64,000 nt of DNA. Source: Octopus sinensis. Lineage: Eukaryota. Position numbers and translations under genes: made by a program. Positions 38,466 through 50,570 of this stretch are shown here, in pieces. A model generated the notes under the pieces. That model was not told the origin of the DNA. It saw only the letters and a list, made by a program, of their open reading frames with translations, and made no database searches. How positions within the stretch are numbered: position 1 is the stretch's first letter; the number at the start of each line of letters is the position of its first letter. The stretch covers positions 20,770,001 through 20,834,000 of the forward strand of contig NC_043022.1 in NCBI RefSeq assembly GCF_006345805.1, written 5' to 3'.

Positions 38466-38855
38466 TAGTCTACCCCTACACCCCCCACCCAATCAGCTCA
38501 GCTTCAAGAATCCATCTTGCAATTCTTTTCTGTGATATTCTAATCACACGTCCATAGCACCAGAGCTGGGGCCCCTCAATGCAGAGAAGTAGAGGCCTGG
38601 CCTGGAGAGACTCTCCAACCTCTGAGCTATGTACCCTGTCAGGTAACTTTACTCCAAAGATCCTTCAGAGGAACCCTATTTTGGCTGCTTATATTCATGA
38701 TTGCACTTTTCCTATGTTGGTAACATAGTAAACCCGCCATCTACTTTTAACCCTTGGTTAGTCCACAATTACTCCATAAGGGTTATTGAGCCAGTTTCCG
38801 GGTATCTCTGCTGTATATATTCCTCCCTGAATGGAACAATGGTCTGTTGCAGGAT

Positions 38856-39375
38856 TACTCATTTTTGCCAGCTGAGTGGTCTGCAATGTGAAATGAAGTG
38901 TTTTGTTCAAGAACACAATACGTCGTCCAGTCCAGGAATTGAAACCACAGTCTTACAATCATGAGTCCAACACCCTAAATACTCATTTTACCAGCTGAGT
39001 GGACTAGAGCAATGTGAAATGAAGTGTTTTGCTCAAGAACACAATGTACCACCCAGTCCAGGAATTGAAACCACAGTCTTACAATCATGAGTCCAACACC
39101 CTAAATACTCATTTTACCAGCTGAGTGGACTAGAGCAATGGGAAATGAAGTGTTTTGCTCAAGAACACAATGTACCACCCAGTCCAGAAATTGAAACCAC
39201 AATCTTACAATCATGAGTCCATCACAGGATTACTCGTTTTTGCCAGGTGAGTGGAGTGGAACAACATGATATGAAGTGTTTTACTCAAGAACACAACACA
39301 TCACCCAGTTCAGGAATTGAAACCACAATCTTATGGTCATGAGTCCAACACTCTAACCACTAAGCCATGTGTCTC
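38856..39375 (-). repeat. Four tandem ~125-bp units derived from a SINE 5' region
   Basis: TACTC...CAGCTGAGTGG recurs at 38856, 38980, 39106 and 39231. Confidence 0.85.
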
Positions 39376-40212
39376 CACACTTTTAACTTTTACATAGAGA
39401 AAACTGCTTGAGAAGTAAAATGGCTTCTACAGCTGGAGTAAGGGCAGTTCATTTAGAATACTAATATTAACTGTCTGCCACGCATACAGGATTGTCCTTT
39501 CAGGTGCTGTTGCCACATAAACGGCACCTGTGCTGGTGCCTTGTTAATGCACTCGTGTAGGTGATATGTAAATGCACCCATGCTGGTGGTACATAAATAG
39601 CAGCCAACATGCTCTGTTAAGTGGTTGGCATTAGGAAGGGCATCCTGCCACAGAAACCATGCCACAATAGACAGTTTGGACAGCTCCATGTCCAGCTGTC
39701 CATCCCGTGATAGCTTGGAAGCGGATGTTAAAATTTGTTAGTCACTAGAAAAGAAAATGTTCATATAACAGCCATGTTATTTATCACTTTTTTTTTTTTT
39801 GCATTAATTCGTTTGTACTTCGTTAAAAAAACAAAACAACAGCAAAACCATCCCCAAATATTTGATGAAACAATACCTAAAAACCAGCAAAGCATTGTTT
39901 AACAATTGTACAAACATAAATATATGTTAAAAAAAATATAGTAAAACTGCAGAAAATCACAATTATAAGTAATAATTATTATTTAATAACAACATAGGCT
40001 GTCTGTCTGTTTCTCTCTCTCTCTCTTTCATATTCATTTATGCACATAGTTTAGTCTTCATTTTCAAAGGAAACAAGGAAGAAAATATAGTTTTTTCAAC
40101 CATCAATATATCCTTGTACTGAACACAGTTCTTCTGGTTACACTACTGTCTCATGGTGTTGTCGATGTTGTTATATAGTTTTTATCTTGTTCAGTTCTTT
40201 AAAAAAAGTCAC

Positions 40213-40426
40213 TTATACAATTTTATCTAACCAGTCTAACAGAGACTGGAGGTCAACAGGTACATCTTCTTTACTCAGGGCTGTGCACTCAGCAAACTCA
40301 ATTTTCAGTGAATGAACATCAGAGAATTCAAAATCCTTGTTCCTTTTGCCAAGATAGGTGTTGTTGTTTTCGGAGGCACCATCACTTCCTCCCAGGGCAG
40401 CTGAATGTGTTGTTCTTACCACGTTG
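40213..40426 (-). CDS. SRPRB: SRP receptor beta subunit, exon 7 (NVVRTTHSAAL...YLGKRNKDFEFS...IEFAECTA...LLDWLDKIV*)
   Basis: Acceptor cttccAG, phase 2; TAA at 40213-40215. Matches the SRPRB C-terminus. Confidence 0.95.
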
Positions 40427-40728
40427 CTGGAAGCAGAGAAGTTTGTTTATAACTACTTTGAATAACAGAGACAAGTACAAGAGATAGAACAAATTCAACA
40501 GTGGGAAAGTGCTTAGTGTATTAAATTGGCAACAAGCAAAAAAGAAAAAGATGTCTAAAGACTACAAACATTGGTTTCATGTGAAAACGTCCTTCTCCCT
40601 TTGTGCATTTACAATGACGATGACAAGTTAAGTTAATTTTTTGGCTCAAAAAGCAAAAAGCAAGGCCATGTAGGGAGACATGGAGTTATGTACAGGGAGG
40701 GTGTTCATGCAAAGAGTTCAGGCCATTT

Positions 40729-41040
40729 CTAGTCAAGGGAGACTTTGAACTGAGCGGTCGTCGGCATCTTCACTATCCTGTCCGGCAGCTTATTCCACGG
40801 ATCCGCAACCCGGACGGAGAAAGCCCCTCTCCTTCGATTGAGTTGAAATCGTCGCAGATAGAGCTTTTCGGAGTGACCCCGCAGCCGACGCTCTGGAGCA
40901 GGAGTGAAGAACAGCTCTTTCGAGAGGTTACACTTTCCGCTTATGATGTTGTGAGCAAGAATGAGATCACCACGGCGTCGTCGTGGAAATTTCTGCTCCA
41001 AATGATGATTTGGAGCAGAAATTCCAGACATGGAAACCAA
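40729..41040 (-). mobile_element. CR1/L2-type LINE 3' fragment
   Basis: RRRRGDLI...LRGHSEKL...FSVRVADPWNKLP...FKVSLD. Confidence 0.88.
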
Positions 41041-41394
41041 ACCAAGACTTGAATGACCTTAACTCTTAACCTTTTTGTTAGCATATTTCTGTTGAGATGC
41101 TCTGTGTTTCTTTCAATTAATTTTTAATATAACAAAGAATTTAGTAAAATAACTTTATCATTCAGCTAGTGTAAGGAACATAAATTGTGACTAAGGTTTG
41201 GTGGAAGATTTTAAATTCAGAACATTTGAAAACAAGACATTTGTACTCAGGACCAGAGTCAGGTGGGTTGGTATCAGAAGGATTAACAATGGGAAAGTGT
41301 TTAGTCTATTAATTTTATTTCATCTCAGGATATTACAGAAACACTTTTGTATGAATGTGTGTGCGTGTATGTTAGTGTCTGCCAGCGTAATACA

Positions 41395-41601
41395 CAGGAG
41401 TGTAGCTAGGGTAAACGGCACCCAGGGCAAGCACCAAAATTGCCCCCTCCCCCAACCAACCAACCAAACAGCAGAAACACGCATTAAAATAATGAATAAC
41501 TGTTTTGTCTTTCATGGATTAGTTAGGAAATGATCTTGGTCAAATTGCACCCCCACCTCAAAGTGGCGCCCAGGGCATGTGCCCAGCTTGCTACGCCCCT
41601 G
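41395..41601. mobile_element. hAT-type MITE
   Basis: TIR CAGGAGTGTAGC/GCTACGCCCCTG; 8-bp TSD GTAATACA. Confidence 0.85.
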
Positions 41602-41839
41602 GTAATACATAAAAGCTTTATAATTAACCATTTACCTGTCCAAAGCATTTTCATAAGTTTGTCTTAAGTTTCCATGATTGTTTTCAAACTTTTAGTTAAC
41701 CCTTGTCTCACATATTCTGAGAATTTGAACTCAGAACGTAAAGACAGACAAAATGCCTCCATGCACTTTGCCTGGCATGCCAATGATTCTGTCAGCTCAC
41801 TGCCTTAATAATAATAATAATAACAATAACAATAATCAT

Positions 41840-42420
41840 CATCATCATCGTTTAACGTCCGTTTTCCATGCTGGCACGGGTTGGACGGTTCAACTGGGGT
41901 CTGGGAAGCCAGAAGGCTGCGCCAGACCCAGTCTGATCTGGCAGTGTTTCTACAGCTGGATGCCCTTCCTAACGCCAACCACTCCGCAAGTGTGGTGGGT
42001 GCTTTTTACGTGCCACCGGCACAGGTTTCAGGGGAGTCTGGCATCGGCCACACTCGGATGGTGCTTTTTACGTGCCACCGGCACGGAAGCCAGTCAAGGC
42101 GGCGCTGGCATCGGCCATGCTCGGATGGTGCTTTTTACGTGCCACCGGCACAGAAGCCAGTCGAGGCGGCGCTGGCATCGGCCACGTTCGGATGGTGCTT
42201 TTTATGTGCCACCGGCACAGAATCCAGTCGAGGTAGCGCTGGCATCGGCCATGCTCGGATGGTGCTTTTTACGTGCCACTGGCACAGAAGCCAGTCAACG
42301 CAGCGCTGGCATCAGCCACGTTCGGATGGTGCTTTTTATGTGCCACCGACACAGGTATCAGCAACTACTATTTCCATTGATATTTATTTCGATGTTCATG
42401 TACTTGACTCAATAGGTCTC
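41840..42420 (-). mobile_element. SINE family C copy with 6-7 internal ~57-60-bp units
   Basis: Repeated GGATGGTGCTTTTTACGTGCCACCGGCAC. Confidence 0.8.
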
Positions 42421-42470
42421 CTCATGATAATGAATGAAGAAATTCAAATAACGAACAGGGAATTACTTAC

Positions 42471-42599
42471 AGCTCTTTCTCGAGGGTAGACTTTATAGCT
42501 TTTGCACCTTTAGCAAAAGTTTGATCTTGTTTGTTGCAAAGAATCAGGACTGGAGTAATTTTCAGGACAAGAGCATTGCACATCATCGTATACAAGTAC
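42471..42599 (-). CDS. SRPRB: SRPRB exon 6 (YLYTMMCNALVLKITPVLILCNKQDQTFAKGAKAIKSTLEKEL)
   Basis: G4 motif NKQD; AG/GT junctions; phase 2/2. Confidence 0.95.
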
Positions 42600-43094
42600 C
42601 TGTCCATACAAAATTAACAATTAACATTACATAGAAGCCTTACATACACAAACATTACGTGTGTGTGTGTGTGTGAATGTGTGTATAGGAGTGGCTGTGT
42701 GTGAGAAGCTTGCTTCCCAACCACATGCTTCCAGGTTCAGTCCCACTGTGTGGCACCTTGGGCAAGTGTCTTCTACTATAGCCCTGGGCCAACTTAAAGA
42801 AACTGAAAAAAGCCCATTGTATATGTGTGTGTAAATAAAAAGGGGTTTGTATGATTGTGTATAGAGGGATATATATAATTCAAAGGAATTCAATTGAAAC
42901 ATTCCTGTCACAACATGGGACCTTGAAAACTGCTTAAATGCAAGAAAGTATACAAGTCCCTTAATATTTGATATTCAATATTTCATCTATTCAATAAGAC
43001 AATACTTCATTTCATTTTACTATATATTCTATATTCTACATTAATATTATGAAGAATATAAATAAAACATAAAAAACTGACAGAGTTGGAATTC

Positions 43095-43500
43095 CTTTGA
43101 AATATATATATAGGTGCAGGAGTGGCTGTGTGGTAAGTAGCTTGCTTACCAACCACATGGTTCCAGGTTCAGTCCCACTGCGTGGCCCTTGGGCACGTGT
43201 CTTCTACTATAGCCTCGGGCCGACCAATGCCTTGTGGGTGGATTTGGTAGACGGAAACTGAAATATATATACGTGTGTGTGTTTGCGTGTATGTTTGTGT
43301 GTCTGTGTTTGTCCCCCTAGCATTGCTTGACAACCGATGCTGGTGTGTTTATGTCCCCGTCACTTAGCGGTTCGGCAAAAGAGACCGATAGAATAAGTAC
43401 TGGGCTTACAAAGAATAAGTCCCAGGGTCAAGTTGCTTGACTAAAGGCGATGCTCCAGCATGGCCGCAGTCAACTGACTGAAACAAATAAAAGAGTAAAA
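43095..43500 (+). mobile_element. tRNA-derived SINE family A (CORE-like CACCTTGGGCAAGTGTCTT), representative copy
   Basis: Most abundant repeat. Other copies at ~17410-17800(-), 26730-27140(-), 28105-28520(+), 46440-46850(-), 47885-48270(-), 57120-57520(+), 63345-63740(+). Confidence 0.85.
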
Positions 43501-43503
43501 GAG

Positions 43504-43534
<31 letters not shown>

Positions 43535-43616
43535 TTATTTCCCACAGGGGGGACAAACAATAATAATAATAATAAACCAAAAACATTATCAAAAAGCAAT
43601 TAGGAAAATGACTCAC

Positions 43617-43676
43617 TCAGCAACATCCTTGATGCTCTTCTGGTATGTGGTGCTGTCAATCACAAACACAATGGCT
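43617..43676 (-). CDS. SRPRB: SRPRB exon 5 (AIVFVIDSTTYQKSIKDVAE)
   Basis: Matches the AIVFVVDS...KDVAE motif; 60 nt, phase 2/2. Confidence 0.95.
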
Positions 43677-44406
43677 CTGTTCAGGTAGTAAAAAGAAGAT
43701 TTTATGAATAAATAATTAAATAATATATTATTCAAGACTACATACATAGGTACAGGCATGGCTGTGTGGTATTAAGTTTACTGTTAAATTTTCCATGCTT
43801 GCATGGATCAGGAGGAGAGTCATTGAGGCGAATTTTCTACAGCCAGATGCCTGTTTGCCAGCAACATGATATTTAACCCGGCCAAAACCGGCTCTGGCTT
43901 TGTGGTAAAATGTTTTGTTTTCATAAGTTCTGAATTAAAATATTCCACCAAGCCTTAGTCACAATTTACGTTCCTAACACTAGCTTAATGATAACTAAGT
44001 TATTTTACTAAATTCTTTGTTATATTTAAAATAGCTGAAAGAAATACAGAGCATCTCAAAATAAATACAGTAACGAATGGGTTAAACCTAACATGTGTTT
44101 TTTTTTCCACATGTGCCCTGTGCTAGTAGGGTGCTAAGAGCACCATCCGAGTGTGATTGTTGCCAGAGCGGCTAACTGGCTTCCGTGCTGGTGGCATGTA
44201 AGAGGCACCATTCGAGCGGGATCATTACCAGCATCGAGTAAAGAGTAAAGGTGCTCAATTGATATGCACTTGACAGTGAATATAGGTTTACTTGATTGAG
44301 ATTGACCTGGAGCTAAACAATAAAGGGTCACATCCTAAACCCACCCCAGTTACTCCACCAAAATCTTCCTTATACCACACCCAGTTGGCCTTTGGAAATA
44401 ACTTAC

Positions 44407-44489
44407 CTTGTTAGCTTGCCATACTCTTCAAAAGCTTGTGTACGTAACCTCTCATGACCTGGCAAGTCGAATATGCGTATTGTTTTCTT
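44407..44489 (-). CDS. SRPRB: SRPRB exon 4 (KKTIRIFDLPGHERLRTQAFEEYGKLTR)
   Basis: G3 motif DLPGHERLR; 83 nt, phase 0 to 2. Confidence 0.95.
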
Positions 44490-44765
44490 CTGAAAGACAC
44501 AAGATGAAAGGAAAAGAAAAATTGGAATTAACAACTAGCATTATACATACATGAGCAAAATGCCCATTGCCAGTACCGCCTGACTGGCCCCTGTGCCGGT
44601 GGCACGTAAAAGCACCCAGTACACTCTCGGAGTGGTTGGCATTAGGAAGGGCATCCAGCTGTAGAAACTCTGCCAGATCAAGATTGAAGCTTGGTGCAGC
44701 CATCTGGTTCGCCAGCCCTCAGTCATTCATCCAACCTATGCTAGCATGGAAAGCAGACGTTAAAC

Positions 44766-44984
44766 CAGTGGTTTTCAACCAGAGTTCCGTGGAACCTTAG
44801 AGTTCCGCCAGTACAGTCCAGGGGTTCCGCAAGAAGTTACAAAAATGCTAAAATCGTCAGTAATTTTTAATTCTCCTGTGCAGATATGTGTGCATAAGAC
44901 TATTAGATTATTGCACAGGGGTTCCTCGAGCCAGTGGAATGCTTCATTGGGGTTCCGCTCCAGCAAAAAGGTTGAAAAGCACTG
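44766..44984. mobile_element. hAT (Charlie-like) MITE inserted in a family C SINE tail
   Basis: TIR CAGTGGTTTTCAACC/GGTTGAAAAGCACTG; TSD CGTTAAAC. Confidence 0.88.
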
Positions 44985-45971
44985 CGTTAAACGATGATGG
45001 CTGGTTTAAATTTGATTCCTAACCGTTTAGCATTCAGATTACTCTGTCAAATGTAATGCTTATTTATTTCATCAAATCTGAAAGGATGAAGGGCAAAATT
45101 GATCTTGGCAATATTTGAATTCAGAAATGTAAAGGTCCAGAGAAAATGCTGCTAAGCATTTCGTCCAGTGAGGAATGGTTCTGCCAGCTTGTCACCTTAC
45201 CTAATATAATGACACATGTTAGAAATAACTCTACATGGTACAATGAATGGAGGAACACATTAGAGTAGTTTCATTGTCTAGTGATAAGAAAGATGTCTAG
45301 CTTTTCAGAACACAGTGATAGCTAACATGTAGTGTTATACACTGTATTAATGGAAGTGATAAAAGATACATGTAGCATTAAATACAACAATGATGGAGGT
45401 GATGCTGGGTACATGTAGCTTTATACATGGAAATGACGGAAATGGTGCCAGGCATAGGTAACATCACATGAGAATAGTGAAAGCGATAACTAATACATAT
45501 GAGTTTTTACACACAGAATTGAGGATGGAAGAAGTAGCAAATACATGTAGTATTAAACATGGAAATAATGAAAGGAATGCTTGACATGTAACATTACAAC
45601 TGGCAGTGATGGAAGTATTAAAAGACACATGATATCAAACATGTAGCATTAAGCATGGCAATAGTTGAAGTGTGCTACTGGCACATGGAGCTCAACTTTA
45701 AATAGTAATGAAAGTGATAACTGACACATGTGGCTTAGCATTGCATACAGCAATGAGGGAAGTGTCAACAGACACATGTAGCATTAAACACAACAATAAG
45801 GTAGTACATGTAGCTCAGCTTTATACATGGTAAGGATAGAAATGATAGAAAACAATCAACTTCATAACTGATGCATGCAGCTTACAATGATAAATGAAAC
45901 ATGTGAACGCATTGTTGCTGATAAAATGACAGGTTGACGGAGAGCAGACTTTGAATGGGTCGAGCCCTTAC

Positions 45972-46046
45972 CTTTTTAGGGGTGGTAAAAGATCCAGCGT
46001 TGCTTTTGATTGAGGTGTAAGTCTCTTTGAAGCTTTTATGGATCAA
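45972..46046 (-). CDS. SRPRB: SRPRB exon 3 (LIHKSFKETYTSIKSNAGSFTTPKK)
   Basis: G2 region ETYTSI; 75 nt, phase 0/0. Confidence 0.93.
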
Positions 46047-46211
46047 CTGTAGAAAGAAAAATGAAATTAGCACAAGGTTTCACATTTAAAGAAAGAGACA
46101 GAAAAAAAAAAACATTGATTAACCCTTTGGTTATTTAAACTGGCCATATCCGGCCCGGCCCAGATATTCTAACTGTTTTATGCTAAGACTGACCAGATCA
46201 CACCTACCCTA

Positions 46212-46420
46212 CGATGGGGGTGCTAAGAAGTTCCTGGCTTTAGATGAAAAGAAAATACAGGAGAATCAGTTAATTATGATTTCATTCAACACATTCTCAT
46301 TCCAGATTGACACACTTATTGCGGTGATCCTTCAGTTTTTCTAAGCCCTGTAAAAGAACTCTGAAGGTCAGGCCTTTCGCAATACCTTTAAAGCCAGGAA
46401 CATTTTTCAGCACTTCCTCA
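46212..46420. mobile_element. Tc1/mariner-type MITE
   Basis: TA-CGATGGGGTGCTAAGAAGTTCCTGGCTTTA ... TAAAGCCAGGAAC-TTTTCAGCAC-CCTCA-TA. Confidence 0.75.
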
Positions 46421-47519
46421 TATATATATATATATATATATACTCTTTTACTTGTTTCAGTCATTTGACTGCGGCCATGCTGGAGCACCGCCTTTTTTAA
46501 TCGGGCAACTCGACCCCGGGACTTATTCTTTTTGTAAGCCCAGTACTTATTCTATCGGTCTCTTTTGCCGAACTGTTAAGTAACGGGGACATAAACACAC
46601 CAGCATCGGTTGTCAAGCAATGCTAGGGGGACAAACACAGACACACAAACAAACACACATACATATATATATATATACATATATACGACAGGCTTCTTTC
46701 AGTTTCCGTCTACCAAATCCACTCACCAAGCATTGGTCGGCCCGGGGCTATAGCAGAAGACACTTGCCCAAGATGCCACGCAGTGGGACTGAACCCAGAA
46801 CCATGTGGTTGGTAAGCAAGCCACTTACCACACAGCCACTCCTGCGCCTATATATATATATCATCATCATCATTTAACGTCTGATTTCCATGCTAGCATG
46901 TGTTGGACGGTTCAACTGGGGTCTGGGAAGCCAGGAGGCTGCACCAGCCACCAGTCTGATCTGGCAGTGTTTCTACAGCTGATAATGTACAATTAATTCC
47001 AGTCAATGGAAATAAATAAGCAGTACATTTGACAAAGAAATCTGAATGCTAAAGGGTTAAGTTGATTCCAGTATATTACTGGTATTTGTTTTATGGACCC
47101 ATAGAGAAATAAAAAAATCACAGTTGGACCCTGCAGGATTTGAACTCAGAAACATTGGAAGAGAAAACCGATCACTATGAGACGTTTTTCTCATTGCTCT
47201 GTTGTTTTAGTCACTCCAATAACACTATTACAATGTTAAAATTGATGATCATGCAAATAATAATCCTTTCTACTAAAGGCACAAGGCCTGAAATTTGTGG
47301 GGGGGGGCAGACAAACGAATTAAGTCAATTACATCGATCCCCAGTGTTTCACTGGTCCTTAAATTATCGACCCCGAAAGGATGAAAGGCAAAGTCAACCT
47401 CAGTGGAATTTGAACTCAGAACATAGCGACAGACAAAATACTACTAAGCATTTCGCTCGGTGTGCTAACAATTCTGCCAGCTTGCCATGATAATAATAAT
47501 AACAATAATAATAATAATA

Positions 47520-47596
47520 TTTGAGGAAAATTTTCAAAAATTTTTGGGAAAAATTTTCAAAAATTTTTAGGGAAAATTTTCAAAAATTTTTGGGGA
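47520..47596. repeat. ~24-bp minisatellite with palindromic GAAAATTTTC, same motif as the interior of the 49311 element
   Basis: GGGAAAATTTTCAAAAATTTTT x3. Confidence 0.8.
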
Positions 47597-47655
47597 ATAA
47601 TAAACAATATTAATTAAAAGTGGAATGAAATTATGTAAAATAAAAAGTGGATTAC

Positions 47656-47750
47656 CTGAGTAAAAATAAGTGTTTTCCCAGCATCACAAATTCCAGCTAA
47701 TATTATTCCTTGCTTTTTGCTCCTCTTTCCAATAAATATTAGCAATAAAA
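47656..47750 (-). CDS. SRPRB: SRPRB exon 2 (LLLIFIGKRSKKQGIILAGICDAGKTLIFTQ)
   Basis: End of the TM helix plus P-loop GICDAGKT; phase 1 to 0. Confidence 0.95.
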
Positions 47751-49327
47751 CTGGGAAAACAGGAAATAAAAAAAAAAAAATAATGAGGTAGATATACATA
47801 GATAAGTGCTTGTATACATGCATGTGCGTATGTATGTGTGTGTGAGGAGGGATCTCTCTCATCATGTGTAATTTCAATTTACGTTTACTCTTTTACTTGT
47901 TTCAGTCATTTGACTGCGGCCATGCTGGAGCACCGCCTTTAATCGAGCAAATGGACCCCAGGATTTATTCTTTGTAAGCCTAGTACTTATTCTACCGGGC
48001 TCTTTTGTCGAACCGCTAAGTTACAGGCACGTAAACACACCACCATCGGTTGTCAAGCGATGTTGGGGGGACAAACACAAACACATAAACATATACACAC
48101 ACATATACATATATACAACAGGCTTCTTTCAGTTTCTGTCTACCAGATCCACTCACAAGGCTTTGGTCGGCCCGAGGCTATAGTAGAAGACACTTGCCAC
48201 GCAGTGGGACTGAACCCAGATCCATGTGGTTGGTAAGCAAGCTACTTACCACGCAGCCACTCCTGCGCCTATAAACCTTACTGTTTACATTTTTTCTTCC
48301 TTCACTCACCTGCTATTTCCTTTCTTTCACTTCTCCTCCATCAATACCATCATCATCATTTAATGTCAATTTTCAATGCTGATATGAACTAGATGGTTTC
48401 ACCGGAGATGGTAAGCAGGAGAGGTGTTCCGGGCTTCAGACTGTTTTAGCTTGGTTTTTACAGCCGGATGCCCACCACTCTACTGAGTGTACCAGGTGCC
48501 TTTGATGTGTCACTGGCATGAGTACCTTTTACATGTCACTGGCACAAGTGCCTATTATGTGTTACCGACATAGGCGCCTTTTTCATGTCACAGGCTACGA
48601 CCACGATTTCACCTAACTTCACATGTCATCTCAAGCAAGACAAATTACCAAAAATCTTGGTCACTTGTCACTGCTTCCATCTGAACATCACATTTTACCA
48701 CCTCATACCACGTCTTTCTGTGTCTACATCATCATCATCATCGTTTAACGTCCGTTCTCCATGCTAGCATGGGTTGGACGGTTCGACCGGGGATCTGGGA
48801 AGCCAGAAGGCTGCACCAGGATCCAGTCTTATCTGGCAGTGTTTCTACAGCTGGATGCCCTTCCTAACGCCAACCACTCTGTGAGTGTAGTGGGTGCTTT
48901 TTACGTGCCACCTGCACAGGTGCCAGGCGAGGCTGGCAACGGCCACGGTTGGATTAGTGCATTTTACGTGCCACCGGCACAGAAGCCAGTCGAGGCGGCA
49001 GTGATCGGCCACGATCGGATGGTGCTTTTTACATGCCACCGGCACGGAAGCCAGTCCACAATTAGAGATTGACACTTCTTTATGCAGCTGTCCTCTTCCA
49101 TATGCATCACATGACCAAACCAGCAGTCTTCTCTCCTGCATACATCTGATGCATTTTATACCCATTTTTCTCTCTTAAGACACTTACACACTATTGTACG
49201 TGCGTACTGCATCCAAATCAACCCCCATCTCTCATCATCTAATACATTATTTTCACTCAAGTACACTTACCTACTCACCCACCTTTTCTGTTCCTGTATC
49301 CCTCTTTCTGCAGATGCAGCATGGATT

Positions 49328-49378
49328 TTTGTCAGTGAACAGGTCGCAGTCTTAAAGCGACGAAAATATTTTGACAAA
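49328..49378 (+). ncRNA. Hammerhead variant with G3-C8 core (GTGAACA)
   Basis: TTTGTCA-GTGAACA-G-GTCGC(AGTCTTAAA)GCGAC-GAA-AATATT-T-TGACAAA. Confidence 0.7.
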
Positions 49379-49573
49379 TTAAACTTAAATGTTGATGTAA
49401 ATCGAACGGCTTTTGTGTGTTTCTTAAATGGCTTACAAACACCTTCCACGCTGCAATTGTTGGGGAAAAATTTTCAAAAACTTTTTGGGGAAAATTTTCA
49501 AAAACTTATTGGGGAAAAATTTTCAAAAACTTTTTGGGGAAATTTTCAAAAATTTTTCGATGCAGCACGGATT

Positions 49574-49624
49574 TTTGTCAGTGAACAGGTCGCAGTCTTA
49601 AAGCGACGAAAATATTTTGTCAAA
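49574..49624 (+). ncRNA. Hammerhead variant with G3-C8 core, second repeat (one stem I mismatch)
   Basis: Same as 49328-49378 but the 3' stem I strand reads TGTCAAA. Confidence 0.6.
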
Positions 49625-50209
49625 TTAAACTTAAATGTTGAAGTAAATCGAACGGCTTTTGTGTGTTTCTTAAATGGCTTACAAACACCTTCCACGCTGC
49701 AATGGTTGTATCCTCTTTCTGTCTCTCATATTCACCTAGCGGTTAGGCTGTTGCACTCATAATCACTAAATTGTGGGTTCAATTCTCTGATTGGGTGGTA
49801 TGTTGTGTTCTTGAGCAAAACACTTCATTTCATGTTGCTCAAGTTCCCACTTTCAATCATAGGGGAATGTTGACCTGTTCACCTAGCCAGTGGGGTTGCG
49901 TCATTTGAAAATTAAAACAATGCAAAAATGCGCATTGTAACCAGCGATGTGTAACAACATCTGATAGCCTGGTCGGTCATGTGAAATTCACCTTGTATCT
50001 CGCTCTCCAGATGGAGAAGCTGGTCTTACAGAAATAACCTTGTCCGGACTTGTGCCTATGAGGAGAACTTTCTAGGTGCAATCCCAAGGTCATTTATGAC
50101 CGAAGGGGGTCTTTACCATTTTACCTGATTGAGCTGACCTATGACCATAAGCATACAACACACACATATACACAAAAGCCGTTCGATTCACTTCAACATT
50201 TAAGTCTAA

Positions 50210-50260
50210 TTTGTCAAAATATTTTCGTCGCTTTAAGAGTGCGACCTGTTCACTGACAAA
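50210..50260 (-). ncRNA. Hammerhead variant with G3-C8 core, inverted third copy (sense to the SRPRB pre-mRNA)
   Basis: Reverse complement reads TTTGTCA-GTGAACA-G-GTCGC(ACTCTTAAA)GCGAC-GAA-AATATT-T-TGACAAA. Confidence 0.68.
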
Positions 50261-50446
50261 AATCCGTGCTGCATCTGTTTCGTTTCAGCACACGATATAT
50301 ATAATGAAATTATTGTATACAGTGCTCAGGTGCACCGCAACTTGTCAGAAAGTGCATATAAAGTACATGCAGTAATGTAGAAATGTCTGGAAAGTGAACA
50401 ATGTATGAGTCAGATACATGCTTGTGTGTGTATGGAGGGGAGAAAA

Positions 50447-50570
50447 TCAAGTGTAGTGTTGGCGAATCTCAGGAAGCATGGAAGTTTTGAAGGATACAGT
50501 GCTCCGACAACTAACAACCGATGCCGGCAGTTTGTTCCATGCTTCAGCAACTCTCAGCATGCAGATCAAA
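50447..50570 (-). mobile_element. CR1-type LINE extreme 3' fragment
   Basis: LRVAEAWNKLPASVVSCRSTVSFK. Confidence 0.75.

Larger units (their letters stand above)
49311..49706 (+). mobile_element. Retrozyme-like element: two 145-bp direct repeats (246-bp period), each with a variant hammerhead, flanked by a 15-16-bp TSD
   Basis: Repeats 49313-49457 and 49559-49703. TSD TGTATC(C)CTCTTTCTG at 49295-49310 and 49707-49721. Confidence 0.8.
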
